Positions 25,006 through 37,893 of a stretch of DNA of 64,000 nucleotides are shown one piece after another. Each line of letters starts with the position of its first letter. Within the stretch, counting starts at the first letter, position 1. The position numbers were made by a program, and so were the translations under genes. The notes under the pieces are model-generated. The model searched no databases, was not told where the DNA came from, and worked only from the letters and a program-made list of their open reading frames with translations. Source of the stretch: Felis catus (Eukaryota); NCBI RefSeq assembly GCF_018350175.1, contig NC_058368.1:147376001-147440000 (forward strand), written 5' to 3'.

Positions 25006-27639
25006 AGAAGACAAGCCAATATCACAAATGGCAGAGACCTAAGGAACTGTGAAAGGAAGGTTTGGGCCAGTGCTGGTGTTTAATGGCAACAGGTTTAATA
25101 AGTAAATCAACAGTTCCTCAAAAAGCTATGCTGAACACAAAAAGCTTCTTAGGGTTAAGGATCACCTTGAAACTCCCATCAGCATATTGCAGAATGGGGG
25201 CAAAACCTGTCTACTTATTTCTTATTGCATTGAAAAGAGGGATAATTAGGCTGTTTTAAATGTGTTTATAGATGATATAGGTAGGTTAAGTGACAGATAC
25301 ACAGATATAGACACAGATGAATAAAAATAAGAAGAATTGAGAAGTATAAAGAAAAAGGAGGGTGGCCAGTGAGAAAACAAAAAATGTGCTTTTTTTTTTA
25401 AATTGTTAAAAGAAGACACAGAATTATACTAAGGCTCAGAACTAACTTCCTGCTGACATATGATTATGCCGTTTAGTATCTCACCTTATTTCAGGTTGTG
25501 AATTACTCACTTACAATCAATTTCTCAAAGTTGCAAATATACCTGACGATTGAGAGTTGGAGCTTCTTAACTGGAGCTATGCAATCCACTTTCTTAAACA
25601 CCTTAATTTATCCCCACTTGAAAACTAATATCATTCACCTTTTGTACAGGGGTTGAGAGGAGTTCAGTTTTTGATAGAGGAGAAAACTAAGAATAAAAAC
25701 TAATTCATGTGAAAATGAATAAAGATCTCAAATAACAAATACATGCATTAACACATACCCTATTTGTTTAAGGAACAAGCTAATAATGTAACTAAGTAGA
25801 TAAATACGACAAAGTCTGCAATACTCATCCACTATAAAAGAATCATGAGATAAATATATTTTTTAGTCAGACCACTAACTACTATTTTTATAGGGACTTT
25901 TGAAAATAAATTATTATATGTATTCAGAAACCATTAAAATTCAATACTAAAATAATTATAAACATTAGAATATCACTAAATAATATATTACTTGTGTATG
26001 CAAATTGAAATTTATGTATAATAAATTAGATAATAAAAAGAGAATGCATAGCTTCCTAGGGAGGAACAAAAGGAAATTTTTATGAGTATGAAATTAACAT
26101 TTCACTGGGACATATTTTAGAAAAATAGTCCATAGAAACAGAAATGTTCACAATAAAGTGATTAGTTATGGTTTCCTTAACAAAAAAATCTAAAGCACAA
26201 ACTTAATGAAAGAATTACTTCACACTGAAAGATAAATTTCAATGTCAATAAATAAATAAATAATTGGCGGCTATAGGTTTGTTTAGAGTATAAAATTCTC
26301 TCATTCTAAAATTTTGTTTTTCCTTTTTTGTTTTTTAATGTCTGAAGCAAGTACTCTTCATTTATCAACAGGACCACAAGGCTTTAAGTTAAATGTATAA
26401 TCCAGTACAATACTGAAGTCCATAAATATACCAGTATGTTCTATTTCCTACTATAACATACTGAATAGGGAAAAGACACAGACATAAACTTTTCCCTCAA
26501 AAAAATAATCAACAAAAATTAATAACTTGTGTTTGGAGTTCACATTTGGAAGTATTTCTGAATGCTGACTGATGGAAGATTAAGGAACCAAAAGTGCCAA
26601 AGACAGAACCTTTTATGTGCTCAGGGAAGCAGAGCAGCGACCATGACTCCAAAAGGGCAATAATTGTACAATATGTTTCTTCCTGCCACAGCACACTGTG
26701 AATTTCTTTCATTCTGAATCTTTTTATGTAACAGGAATGATGCCCTTGCACAGGGGCCGTATGGGATGAATGAAATATTTTATTCTTCAAATACTGAAAC
26801 AAGAAAAAAAAAAAAGAGGGAAACTTTTTCTTACAAGAAACCAGTTTCTACTACCTTTTTTTCATTTCAAACTTAGTCCAAGCATCCACATTCAGAATTT
26901 GTTGCCAAAGTGCCCTGATTCATTGTACCTTTTCAGTCTCTGACTTTCAGTTTCCTACCTGCCCTTTCAGAGATACAAACCTGCCGATTAATTTGGCAGA
27001 TTGTTTATTGAATCCATTTTATGTGCTGGGCAAAAATGGTGAAAACAAACCTGGTTCCTGCATTCACTAAGCTTAGTCTCATCATCGTGAAATCCCATTA
27101 ATTTTTAATGACACCCTTAAAGGTTATTTTATTTTATTTTCACTTTATTATCCTTTGCCTCAAGTATCATCTTCTATGTCTTCCTAAAACCATCTCTTCC
27201 TTTAAAGCCTCCCTCAATAGATACTATTTTGTTTTGAATACTGTAACCACTAATGAACATTTAGTTCACTTGCCTTTTCATGTGATAAAATTTTAAATTA
27301 AATTTGGGTCAGAGGACTGTTAAATCCTTTCCAAGTGCTATTCTCCAGATGAGAAAACATAAAATAACTGGGAGATAAAATAAATAAGAATTTTCTATAA
27401 AGTAATACTTTTTATTTCAATTCTCACTCATGATTCTTGTAGTTATACCAAAATTGAGAAGAGATCTTCTAATTTCTTTAAATGGAGTCTACAAATTGTC
27501 TTTCCTAGTTGTGAATACCAGCAGGATATCAGTCTTGTGAGGTGGTCAGGATACCACAAGCTGTGACTGAGAGAGGCTCTGTAGGCAGAGTACCTTGAGG
27601 AAAAGCCCATTTAGTAATCACAGCCTGGATCTAATTATG

Positions 27640-28089
27640 TATAGGGGTCAAGGGCAGGTCACCCCAAGTGGGCTATTTTGGCATGAAAATTATTTTGAGC
27701 CAAAGGCAATGGAGACCCTTGAGGCTCAAGAGAAAATTTTGTCCTTCCCTTAACCACAGAGAAGAATCTAAATTGGGGGTCTTTCCCAGAATAAAAGTTA
27801 TTACCGGAGATATATTTTATGAGTGACCCCTCTGTATGGCAAGGCACATGTCTAATTACCAAATGTCTGCTCTTCTGTGAATTTATTCCTTCCCTTTGAA
27901 GTCCCAGACTCCTACACCCTTTGCCCCAGTTCAGGATAACACATATACATCAGTTCACCTGTCTTTGGAATTTCCATGTCTATGTGTACTCCTCAAACTT
28001 AAGTTTGATTTTGCAGATGTCATGTAAATTTGACTCTTAGTCCAGCTAGAAGGACATTGAAGGGTAGAGGAAATGACTCCTCTCCTACA
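27640..28089 (+). mobile_element. ERV1 solo LTR, MER34-like
   Basis: caccccaagtgggctattttggcatgaaaattattttgagccaaaggcaat head and gaagggtagaggaaa...tctcctaca end. Confidence 0.7.
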
Positions 28090-28281
28090 CAGGTATGGAT
28101 TCTATAAACACAAAGTCATCCCACTCACAGCCTCAATGTACAGGGCTTTCCACATAATAATCATCTTTCTGGCCTAGCACAAAATCAAGTAAGTGTTTCA
28201 TTCACCGACATGATTTTCTGGCACAGTATGCCAGTTAGCAGTTTGGGTTCACTATGAAGATCTGAATATGGTTGGGAACAA

Positions 28282-29089
28282 AAGTCAGGGCAATGGGGCT
28301 CCTTCCAGATTAATCTGGTTGAGTTCTGTGATGAATCTCACCCTGGACTCAGTGGTGCTGTTTGTCTGTTTGTTTGTTTGTTTCTAAGCTTCAGCTGCTT
28401 CTTCAGACAAATGGGAATAATAATGCTATCTACCTTGGAGAGATGTGAGGATCAATGAGAAGATGCATATAAATATCCAAATGCGGCTTCTAACATGTGA
28501 GTAAGCCACTGGTAACTGTCTGCCCTCACCATTGCAATGTGACTCATTTCCACTGATTTTAGTGGGAAGTCATGTGTTTGGGGACATTCTGCCTCCAAGA
28601 TCCATTAAACTGGACATCTTCAAATATATTTATTCAACAACCAGTAGCCATTTAACTATTTTACAGTATAAAAGCCATCTAGGAGGTGCAAAATTACTTC
28701 ACTGCAAGAACAGTAACAGAGACCAGGATTCGGATGTTGAACCACTCGCACACCAGTCACTGGGTGCCACACAGTAAATCTTAATTTTAAACTATAGTAG
28801 TAAATGATGTGATAGTCTATGAGCAGCATAGATAAATTAAGAAAAATAAATTATCTTCATTATTGGTTAATAAGTAAAATAACTGAATCCGTGACAAAAA
28901 TTCCTCTGTGAGAGAGAAAACAGACGTTTTCATGCAAAACGTCCTACTATGTGAATATGGAAAAATAACACTGGTCTTATTTGCCTGGCAAATAAGAGGC
29001 TACTTGTGCCTAAGTGAACCATCAAGTCAGGGCAATGGGGCTCCTTCCAGATTAATCTGGTTGAGTTCTGTGATGAATCCTCACCCTGG
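28282..29089 (+). repeat. Dispersed ~65-bp direct repeat, copies at 28282-28346 and 29024-29089
   Basis: 56 consecutive identical bases, a 1-nt indel, then 9 more identical bases. Confidence 0.97.
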
Positions 29090-29626
29090 GTTCAGGGGTC
29101 CTGTTTCTCAGAGAGGCCGAAAGGTTCATGTCTTCCTCCTCTGAAATACCAACTCAAGTTTGGCATCTTTAAAGTGCTTCCATAAAGTGCCTTGCTCGAG
29201 TTTTCTTTCATGTTATTGTTCATACCAGGAGGCATGAGCTTGATCTTTTCTTCTCCTTACTGACTAGAACAGTGTACTAGAGAGGTAACCGAGAGTATCT
29301 ATTAGAGTTCTCCTACACCAATTTAGTAATTATGCAATTCTAATCAGAAACCAGATATTATAGAAAAAGAATTCCTTCTTTATAATTACAAATTTAATAG
29401 CAATATTTCACTAAAATTTACAGTAGGCTTTCATTACTGCTCTTAGTTTACACAGCGACCACTTCTATTACTCCCCATGACTTTTTCAGTCACTTCTAAT
29501 CTTATGCCCTTGGTTTGTGATTCTTTCTATCTTCTTCTAGCATAGCCACCATATACTCAAAATGTTTTGTCTGAATTATCTTGCCTATTCTACATCTCTT
29601 TCTATGTATTAAAAATGTTTCAGGGC

Positions 29627-29721
29627 TATGGAGGAGGGCACCTTTTGGGATGAGCACTGGGTTTTGTATGGAAACCAATTTGACAATAAATTTCATATAT
29701 TGAAAAAAAATAATAAAAAAT
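29627..29721 (+). mobile_element. Extremely 5'-truncated young L1 (3'UTR end plus A tail)
   Basis: gagggcaccttttgggatgagcactgggttttgtatggaaaccaatttgacaataaa matches the reverse complement of the L1 end at about 15690-15755; TSD aaaaatgtttcagggc. Confidence 0.93.
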
Positions 29722-29732
29722 AAAAATGTTTC

Positions 29733-29944
29733 AGGGCACCTGAGTGGCTCAGTTGGATAAGGGTCTGACTTTAGCTCAGGTCATGATCTCATGGTTTGTG
29801 AGTTGAGCTCAGCATCAACATCAGCATCCGGCTCTCTGCTGTCAACAGCACAGAGCCTACTTCAGATCCTCTGTTTCCCTCTCTCTCTGCCTCTCCCTTG
29901 CTCTGTCTCACATGTGCACTCTCTCACAAATAAACATACATTAA
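29733..29944 (+). mobile_element. CAN-SINE (diverged)
   Basis: gggcacctgagtggctcag head; TSD aaaaatgtttca. Confidence 0.93.
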
Positions 29945-30279
29945 AAAAATGTTTCAAAGGTTACATGTTTCCCCCTTCCCTCTCTCTGGCAAGGGCTTTA
30001 CAGCCATACTATCTGTTTAATTTTGGACCTACTCTTTCCTCCTCCTGACCTCTTGTCACTGAAATCTCTTCTTTTCATTATCCTTTTACTGGCATTATTA
30101 CACCCTCCATTTACCCCAGGTTATTTCTCCTTTTACGGCATGTTATTTGTACTAAAAGTCAAGCTCTAACCCACAGACTGAATGTGTTAAGTGGTGACCT
30201 TCATTGGAAAACACTTGCATAACAACTATTTTGAGTCATTCCTTAAAAAAGATTCTGAAGATATATTTAAAAACAAAAG

Positions 30280-31010
30280 GAAGCAAAATACCTATGGCCC
30301 TGTTCTTTAACTCAAAGTACAATCAAATGGAGACTACAACTTGTAAATAAATAAGTTGCATTAAACAAGAAAGGTTTGCATGCCTTAGGAAGACAGTGGA
30401 GAACAGGAGTATGGGTTAGATAATATTTGAACGGACTTTTGCATACAAATAAAAACTTAATGAATAAGAAATCACAGGAACTGAGAATACAGCATTTGAG
30501 ATGGTGGGGCTAGCATGTCCAAAGGCTCAGAAGTATAAAAAGGCTTTACGTGTTGAGGTCTATGTGTAGTAGAACAGGAGGGTGGAAAACAAGGGTGGGA
30601 AAGGTGAATGGGGATCAGATCATGAAAATCCTCAGTTGTGATGCTTATGAGATTTCTTCCTGGGCACTCTGGTCTGTCTGTGAGGATTTCAGGCACAGGG
30701 GATATCCGCAGTGTAAAGGTAATTATTGGGACAGTACGGAGAATGGATTAGAGGAGGTTGAAACATGATTGAGAATTAATGGCAGTAATTACAATAATCC
30801 AGGCAAGAAATAATGAGAGTCTGGGTCAAGGCAGTGAGAATAGTGATAGAAAAAAAGGTAAAATAGAGGCGATTTTTAAAGAAAGTTCATCGGTAGGCTC
30901 AGTAACTTAACTGGGAAGAGAGGGGGTGAGGAAGGCAATTCATAAAGTATCCTTTGATTCAGGCTTAGTCCACAGGGTGGATGGTGGTGGCTTTAATTTA
31001 GATACATTTC
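30280..31010 (-). mobile_element. L2 LINE relic
   Basis: L2-like phrases (caataatccaggcaagaaataatgagagtctg, gatggtggtggc); boundaries approximate. Confidence 0.6.
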
Positions 31011-31309
31011 GTCCTTTATATTGTTGAGAGAATGCTAAATATCACTATAAAAATAACAATGTTCTATTAACTTCATTTATCTTACATAATGTAAATAATT
31101 CCAAAACAAGATACCAAAGACATTATCTCCCCTGTTTTCCCTTGAAGTGAGATCTCAGCTCACAACCCTAAGATAAAAAAATTTAAAAATTAAAAATTAA
31201 AAATTAAAAAAACTTTGAATATAAGGAACTTGTTCATTGTCACTTACCTAGTAAGCAGGAGAGTTAGAAATCCAATCGAATTCTCGCCTAGGCATTTTTC
31301 TTTTAATTA

Positions 31310-31580
31310 TAGGGACTACATACAGTTGCACAGGCTGTTTAGTGCACAAAAGTATCAGGGCAAGTGAATAGACAGGAAATGAATTCCAATCTATGATCCA
31401 CTGGCTTAGCCAGGCACACTGACCCAATCCTGCATATAAAATTTCAAAGAGCTGCCTTTCCCTAATTCATAAAAAAGTCTTTCTGATAACCAGCTGTGTA
31501 CCTTCAGAGCTTCTTTGAAGAGTCAATTGTTCAAATTTGTGCAAAGTTACCAGAACCATCTATGATATTGAGGTGGCCCT
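31310..31580. mobile_element. MER91-like hAT DNA transposon relic
   Basis: agggactacatacagttgcacaggctgtttagtgcacaa start and gaggtggccct end resemble MER91 termini. Confidence 0.5.
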
Positions 31581-32499
31581 CTTTATCTGTTGTATTTTAA
31601 GGACTTTCTCTATCTAGGTACAGGTTGAAATGCTTTGGCAAACAGTAAAGGGAAACTATCACAAAACTGGAAACAAGAAAAGAAGGGGTAGGAGTAACTC
31701 TGAATTCTGTAGAGTTTGTATGTATTGAGTTCAAATTTTCCTGCTCTCAATTCTAAATGGTTGCTACACCCCCAAATTAGAACACATAAGCAACTGATAA
31801 TAAAAACTGTAGCTATTCTAAGGTGGCTAAAATTAATCACAAGATAAATGTACTATATATTAATATATATTGCTCCTTTGGGGAATGACTGTTCTGAAAT
31901 TAGAGCAAAAATCAACACCAAGGGCATGGATCCAGAGCGTGTGCATACAGAATATGATTCGGATATGACAAAGAATAAAATTCCTTTTCCCTGACACCAT
32001 ATAGATTTTATTTTATATTAACTACAAATTTATGACTAAATCACTATATTCAGGGTGACCTTTAATATTTTCCATAACAATTTATAGTCATGGCAAATGA
32101 TAAATTAGAGAAGTGATTTCTTCTATAATGATGCAAATATTTTATCCTTAATATAGAACTATAATCTCTAATTTTATGCTAAATAAGAAATCCTACATAG
32201 GCAATATGCAATATTATGCAAAAACTATGAAATTGTCCTTTTTCATATCATAATAAATATGAGGCTATTAGTCACCAACTTTACAAGAATATACATTTTC
32301 TTTTCTGTTTGTGACACACCTCTATGCTTCTTTGAAGTTTCATACCTATCAAATACTGATCTACATACTTAGATATATACATGTAAGTGTCAAATAATTG
32401 GATACAGAAACATATTTAAGAGCTCATTCTAGATTCCTCCACAGGGGCGATCACTACTGAAAGTTATACTAAATCTGCAGGGGACAAGAAGGAATAAGA

Positions 32500-32880
32500 A
32501 GACTGTTCCTTGAGAAGCCCATTTCTGCCTGAATTTCAGTGGGTCTGTAACTTGCTTTGGCCAACAGAATGCAAACAGGTGTGACATAAGTGGAAATTTT
32601 AGAAAGTATTTGTATTGGCTTTTGTTGGCTTCCTGCATGCCTACCACTTGCCATTAGATGACCACTCCATGAAAAACAAGAACCCATGAAGTAAATATGA
32701 ATTGAAGTAACAAGCCCAGCAACCTATCACAGGAAGAGGATCTACCCAACTGGACCCAGTCTAGATCTGTATACCAGTCCATCTGCTACATATGAGCAAA
32801 GAACTGTTTCTTGTTTTTGAGCTATGAAGTTTGTCAGTATTTGTTACACAGCATGAGTTTGGCAACAGCAGACTGAGACA
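32500..32880 (+). mobile_element. MaLR LTR relic (MLT1H/I-like)
   Basis: gtaacttgctttggccaacagaatg ... ttgttacacagca...gactgagaca end. Confidence 0.6.
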
Positions 32881-33362
32881 TTAGCCATATAACCTTAAAC
32901 AACATATTAATTTCTCTGGATCTCATTTTCCTCATTTGTACTAAAGAAAAATGGTTGGTACATGATGATATTACCTAAGTTCAATGGTTGTTGTGAAAAT
33001 CAAATCAGATAAAATATGTAAAATCACCAGTATAGTGCCTTAACTATCTAACTTCACATAAGTAGTTTAACAGGCAGGTTGGCACTTCCTCTGCTCCATA
33101 TTAACACTACTGTGCATTTTCTCTTGGCCTTAAAATGTCTCATGACAAAACCCAACATCATCAGGGTGAGTAAGTAAAAGCTTCTTTCACTTTCATGCAT
33201 CGTTCTCAAATTAAAGAACTTTTATAATGATATTTTCCCATCTACTTACATGGTTGACTTATTCTCGGAGATATGCTATGTTTTAAAATATTTATGATAA
33301 CTTCCAAAAAAAATTATGATACTGAATTTATTGCTTTTTGCAACTACCTTTAAAAAAATCCA

Positions 33363-33605
33363 GGGGCGCCTGGGTGGCTCACTGGGGTGCCTGGGTGGCT
33401 CAGTCAGTTGAGCATCTGACTTTGGCTCAGGTCAGGATCTCACAGTTTGTGAGTTCAAGCCCCATGTCGGGCTCTGTGCTGACAGCTCAGAGCCTGGAGC
33501 CAGTTTCAGATTCTGTGTCTCCCTCTCTCTGCCCCTTCCCCACTCCTGCTCTGTCTCTCTCTGTCTCTCAAAAATGAATAAGCATTAAAGAAGGTGAAAA
33601 AAAAG
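33363..33605 (+). mobile_element. CAN-SINE with duplicated 5' head
   Basis: ggggcgcctgggtggctca-ct-ggggtgcctgggtggctcag; TSD aaaaatcca. Confidence 0.95.
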
Positions 33606-34270
33606 AAAAATCCAACATGTTAATGTCAGATATGTCTATTACTTAATCTTAACTCCAGCATGAACCTAGAATGCTCAATAAAGTACATTTAAAAGATACT
33701 TACAAATAAATGACTTCTAACTCTGATGCTTGAGGATACAACTTAAGAATTTAAAAAAGATGAATGAGAAAATCCTAGAGATTTTTTTAAGTCTTAATTT
33801 ATTAAAATATACTTAATGAATGAATTCTACTTTTGTTCAAATTTTTACAAAATAATTATTTTAATTTCTATATGTGTAAAAGAAAATCTAAAATACATTA
33901 AAAAGAAAAAAAATGTTGTATAGAAGAAGAAACACATCTTTAATAGTGGCAAATTTTCTGATGTATACAAATATTACATTTCATAACATTCAGACTATTG
34001 AAGGACTTTTTTGTTGCTTTGCTTTTATTTCCATTCATCACATCATAGATAGTCATCACCTATGAAAAAAGAGAACTTACTCCTAATTCCCAAGTAAACT
34101 AAGAACAATACAATTTGTAAACTTCTAATTTTATGGATTTCATACATGTAAATTAAACTTTTATATTAACAACAGCAAACAGTGGTTCAGAGCACTAGCT
34201 CTAGAATTAGGCAGCTCTGCCCGTTATAAGCTCTGCTCCCTTGGAAAGTTATTTAGCTATGAAGTACCTT

Positions 34271-34492
34271 GGGGGCACCTGGGTGGCTCAGTCAGTTAAG
34301 CGTCTGACTTTGGCTCAGGTCATAATCTTGCAGTTTGTGAGTTTGATCCCTGCTTCGGGCTCTGTGTTGACAGCTCAGAGCCCAGAGCCTGCTTTGGATT
34401 CTGTGTCTCCCTTTCTCTGTGCTCCTCCCCTGCTCATGCTCTGTCTCTGACTCTCAAAATAATAAATAAATATTTAAATTTTTTTTTTAAAA
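34271..34492 (+). mobile_element. CAN-SINE inserted in a MIR
   Basis: Full SINE; MIR-like flanks (ttggaaagttatttag / ctcagttcccatatctctaaaa). Confidence 0.94.
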
Positions 34493-35191
34493 AGTAAGTA
34501 TCTCAGTTCCCATATCTCTAAAAGTAATAGTGTCTTTCTTATTTAAATAATGGGAAGCTAAATTAGTTGATATGTGTAACATAATTAGAGCCTGGCAATT
34601 TGAATTAGAAAATAATATTCTTACTCACATGGAATTTCACAAAGGGAACATTATTATGTATATTTGCATACAATAGAACTCTATTACTTTAAGTAAACAT
34701 CTCTGGTTTTGAATTCATCTAGAATGACAATCCCTATTATTCAATGTTAATGGCATGCCAACTGTGAGACTAACATTTGGTAGACCTACTCTTGGTCCCT
34801 CCCACCCACAAGCACCTTTCAATTGTTACATTAATTATCAAGACTTTTCTAGTCTTTTCTTGCCAATAGGACAGAGATCAACTAGCCTACAGGGATGATT
34901 TGGTCCCTCCACTATTCTCTATCAATCTTCAATTCTCTCCTTACTATTCAAGTCTGTTCCATAGCCGCACAAATTCTATTTCACTTTCTTAAAGGCACAA
35001 TATTTCCTCCTGTCACAGGGCTTTACCTGATGTGCTCCATAATTCCCATACAGACTCCTCCCTTGCCACTATGTCACCCCAATTAAGTAAACTCCTTTAT
35101 TCTTCAAGGCTCAGCTCATGTCAACTCAAGGAAGACTTACTTGAAAGCCATCCTCATCCCTGCCCCCACAAAAAGCCCTTTCTGAAAGCAC

Positions 35192-35733
35192 TGAAAGGGA
35201 GTAGAATTTGCCACCTCAAAATATGCCATTCTGGCAGAATTATTTTAGGCTGATTGCTTTGACAAGCTGCAGAGAAAGGAGAAGCTCTGAAAATCAAGTG
35301 GAAGTTACCCTTTTGCAGGGTAAATTTACATTTATAAGGGAAATCTCCATTTGTAAGAGTGTCTCTTTCTCTGTACCAGGGAAGAAGGATGACTAAATCT
35401 CTAGAAACTCTTATCAATAGAGAAGGCAGTGATTCAAATGTCCATAACAACCAAAACTTGGTTTACTATGCATTTCCTAGAAACCTCCCATAATTGGCCT
35501 TCTCCTCCCTCCCAACATCCTTTGTCTTTAACTGAAGATGATATTTAAGGCAGCAGCTTGGGCCATTTTAGAGAGTTATTCAGTTTTCTGGAGTATCTCT
35601 CGTATATAGGAGGGAGACATGTTTTTAAATTCCTGTTTTTTTTTTTTTCTGTTAATCCTTTATTATGGGGGTGGGGAGTGTCTCAGCCAAGAACGTAGAA
35701 AGGTAAAGGAAAAATTATTTTTCCTCCTCTACA
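35192..35733 (+). mobile_element. ERV1 solo LTR, MER34A-like
   Basis: tgaaagggagtagaatttgccacctcaaaatatgcca start and aaaattatttttcctcctctaca end; near 4-bp TSD gcac/gcat; interrupts an L2-like relic. Confidence 0.8.
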
Positions 35734-36696
35734 GCATCCATTACATTTACTTTCAGCTTACATTCATTACCTGATTACTGTTTATCTTCTCTGACAGATC
35801 ATCAAGATTGGTATCAAAACACATCTTTTTGTTAAAATAGGTTCTCACAAATAGTTAAGGAATTAGACACATTTATCTTTTATTTCCCACACAGCTCAAT
35901 ATTTTGCACACAGCATGCACTCAATGCATTTCCCAGCAAGCATTGAATGAGCTCCTACTATGTGCAATATTCTAGACCGGGGGTAGATAGAGCAGTGAAC
36001 AAAGGACAAAAAAAAAAAAATCCTTGCACTGATGGATTTTATATTCTAGTTGAATGAACAGCTGCTTGACAATTGTTCCTGGCTATAAAAAAGAATTTAT
36101 AATAATCAAAATAAAGCTAAGCCTCATGGAAACCAAGGGAAAGACTATTTTTTTTCAGATTAACAGAAAAGTTTTCCTAATATTTCTACAAGGTTTTATT
36201 AAATATTTCTGTGTGGTTTTACAAAGTAGGTTTAAACTGCTTCTATGGTATATTCTATATGTTGTTGTATAGTCACAATTACACAATCACCTCAAATCCT
36301 TTTCAGACTAGAGCCTAAAAATGTGATGACCAGGGCAAATGAATATAACCTGAAATAGAGTCAACCAGAAAAAATCCACTCTGTTTCAACTAATTATTTT
36401 TTAAAAGACTTTTAACTTCCTAGTGCATAAAGGAGTTTTGAAAACATCTTTCCTTTTGCCACTGGCAAACAGGCACATTTCATATGAAAAACCCAACTAA
36501 GCATCCAAGTATAATGTCCCTTGAATGTATCCAAATGCCCCTCTGACATACTAAAGAGTTAAAAACATATATTGTAGCTTATTTTAACATAGCATTTCCC
36601 CTAGAAACTCAAAATGCATTAAATGAATTATCAATGCGTGCTTTTTTCCCTTACACCATCCTTGAGTATTTAATAAAAATAACAGCTTTTCTCCCC

Positions 36697-36929
36697 TTTT
36701 TAAATTTTTTTAAGTTTATTTATTTTGAGAGAGAGAGAGAGAGGGAGAGAGGGAGAGAGAAGTAGGAGGGGCAGAGAGAGAGGGAGAAAGAGAATCCCAA
36801 GCAGGCTCCACGCTGACAGAGCAGAGCCCAAGGCCCCAACATGGGGTTCCAAGTCGCAAACCCTGAGATAATGACCTGAGCTGAAATCAAGTGCTGGACG
36901 CTTAAGCAGCTGAGTTACCCAGGCCCCCC
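36697..36929 (-). mobile_element. CAN-SINE
   Basis: Reverse-complement SINE; TSD tctcccc.tttt(t)aaat. Confidence 0.94.
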
Positions 36930-37696
36930 TCTCCCCATTTTTAAATGAGGAAAGTTTATAATCATTATGTGCCATCTTTTGGCTCTTTGAGGTGAGCTAA
37001 TTTCTATCCCTTGAAAAAAATTTTATCAAAAAAATTTACAGACCGAAATTGCACAGTTTCATGGAACTAAATGAGCATTTCTTTCATCTATTCTTTAAAC
37101 ACAGAACAGCACTCAGTCTTTTCATAAAGAATTACCTACCTATCCTTCATGACTGCTTAGTATTACATTTCAGTTTTTTGAATACTGACTTAGAATCACA
37201 CTGTTTGTCAGAATGTTGTTCCTCATTTTTCACTGTTTCCCTCTTATAACAGACACTTTCAAACTTCTGGAGCTGAGGGCAAACTTAACATCCATCTGTC
37301 CGTGCATTTGTAATCAAATTTCCTTTCAAGTTGGACAGTAATTTCTAATAACAAAATAGTATTTTCTTTCAGCATCTCAGCTGTAAGGCATCCATGAGTT
37401 GTTTTTATACACATTCCCTAATCAGATCCTCACTGTTATAACACAAAGTGTTTACAGTCCAGTCAGAACTGCAATCCTTCTCTTATTTCCCTGACCAAAT
37501 TCCTTTCCACTTTCTTGAATGTTATTTAAAATCTTCAGGACACCTAATCATGTTTTTACATTTTAAAAGACTCAAATTCATGGTAAATGCATATCTTGGA
37601 ATTTTCAATAGCTCAAATGCAGGGAATAACCAAATATTTGCCAGTCCCCTATTATCCTTAGAGACAAACTGAAAAAGGTATTAAAAAGTCACTTAG

Positions 37697-37893
37697 TGGC
37701 AGCTGGATGGCTCCAGAGGTAAACCATCCAACTCTTGATTTCAGCTGAGGTCATGATCTTATGGTGGGTTGAGCCCTGCATCTGGCTCTGCGCTGGGCAT
37801 GGGGTGTGCTTAAGATTCTCTCTTGGCCTCTCACTCTGCCCTTCTCCTGCTTGTGTGCACACGGGCTCTCTCTCTCAACAACAACAACAAAAA
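37697..37893 (+). mobile_element. Old, diverged CAN-SINE
   Basis: gcagctggatggctcc...ctcttgatttcagctgaggtcatgatct...(CAA)n tail; TSD aaaaagtc. Confidence 0.85.

Noticed and set aside
29070..29144. Possible C/D snoRNA (GTGATGA ... CTGA, about 75 nt)
   Set aside because: No convincing terminal stem, no recognisable rRNA antisense element, and the duplicate copy lacks the D box
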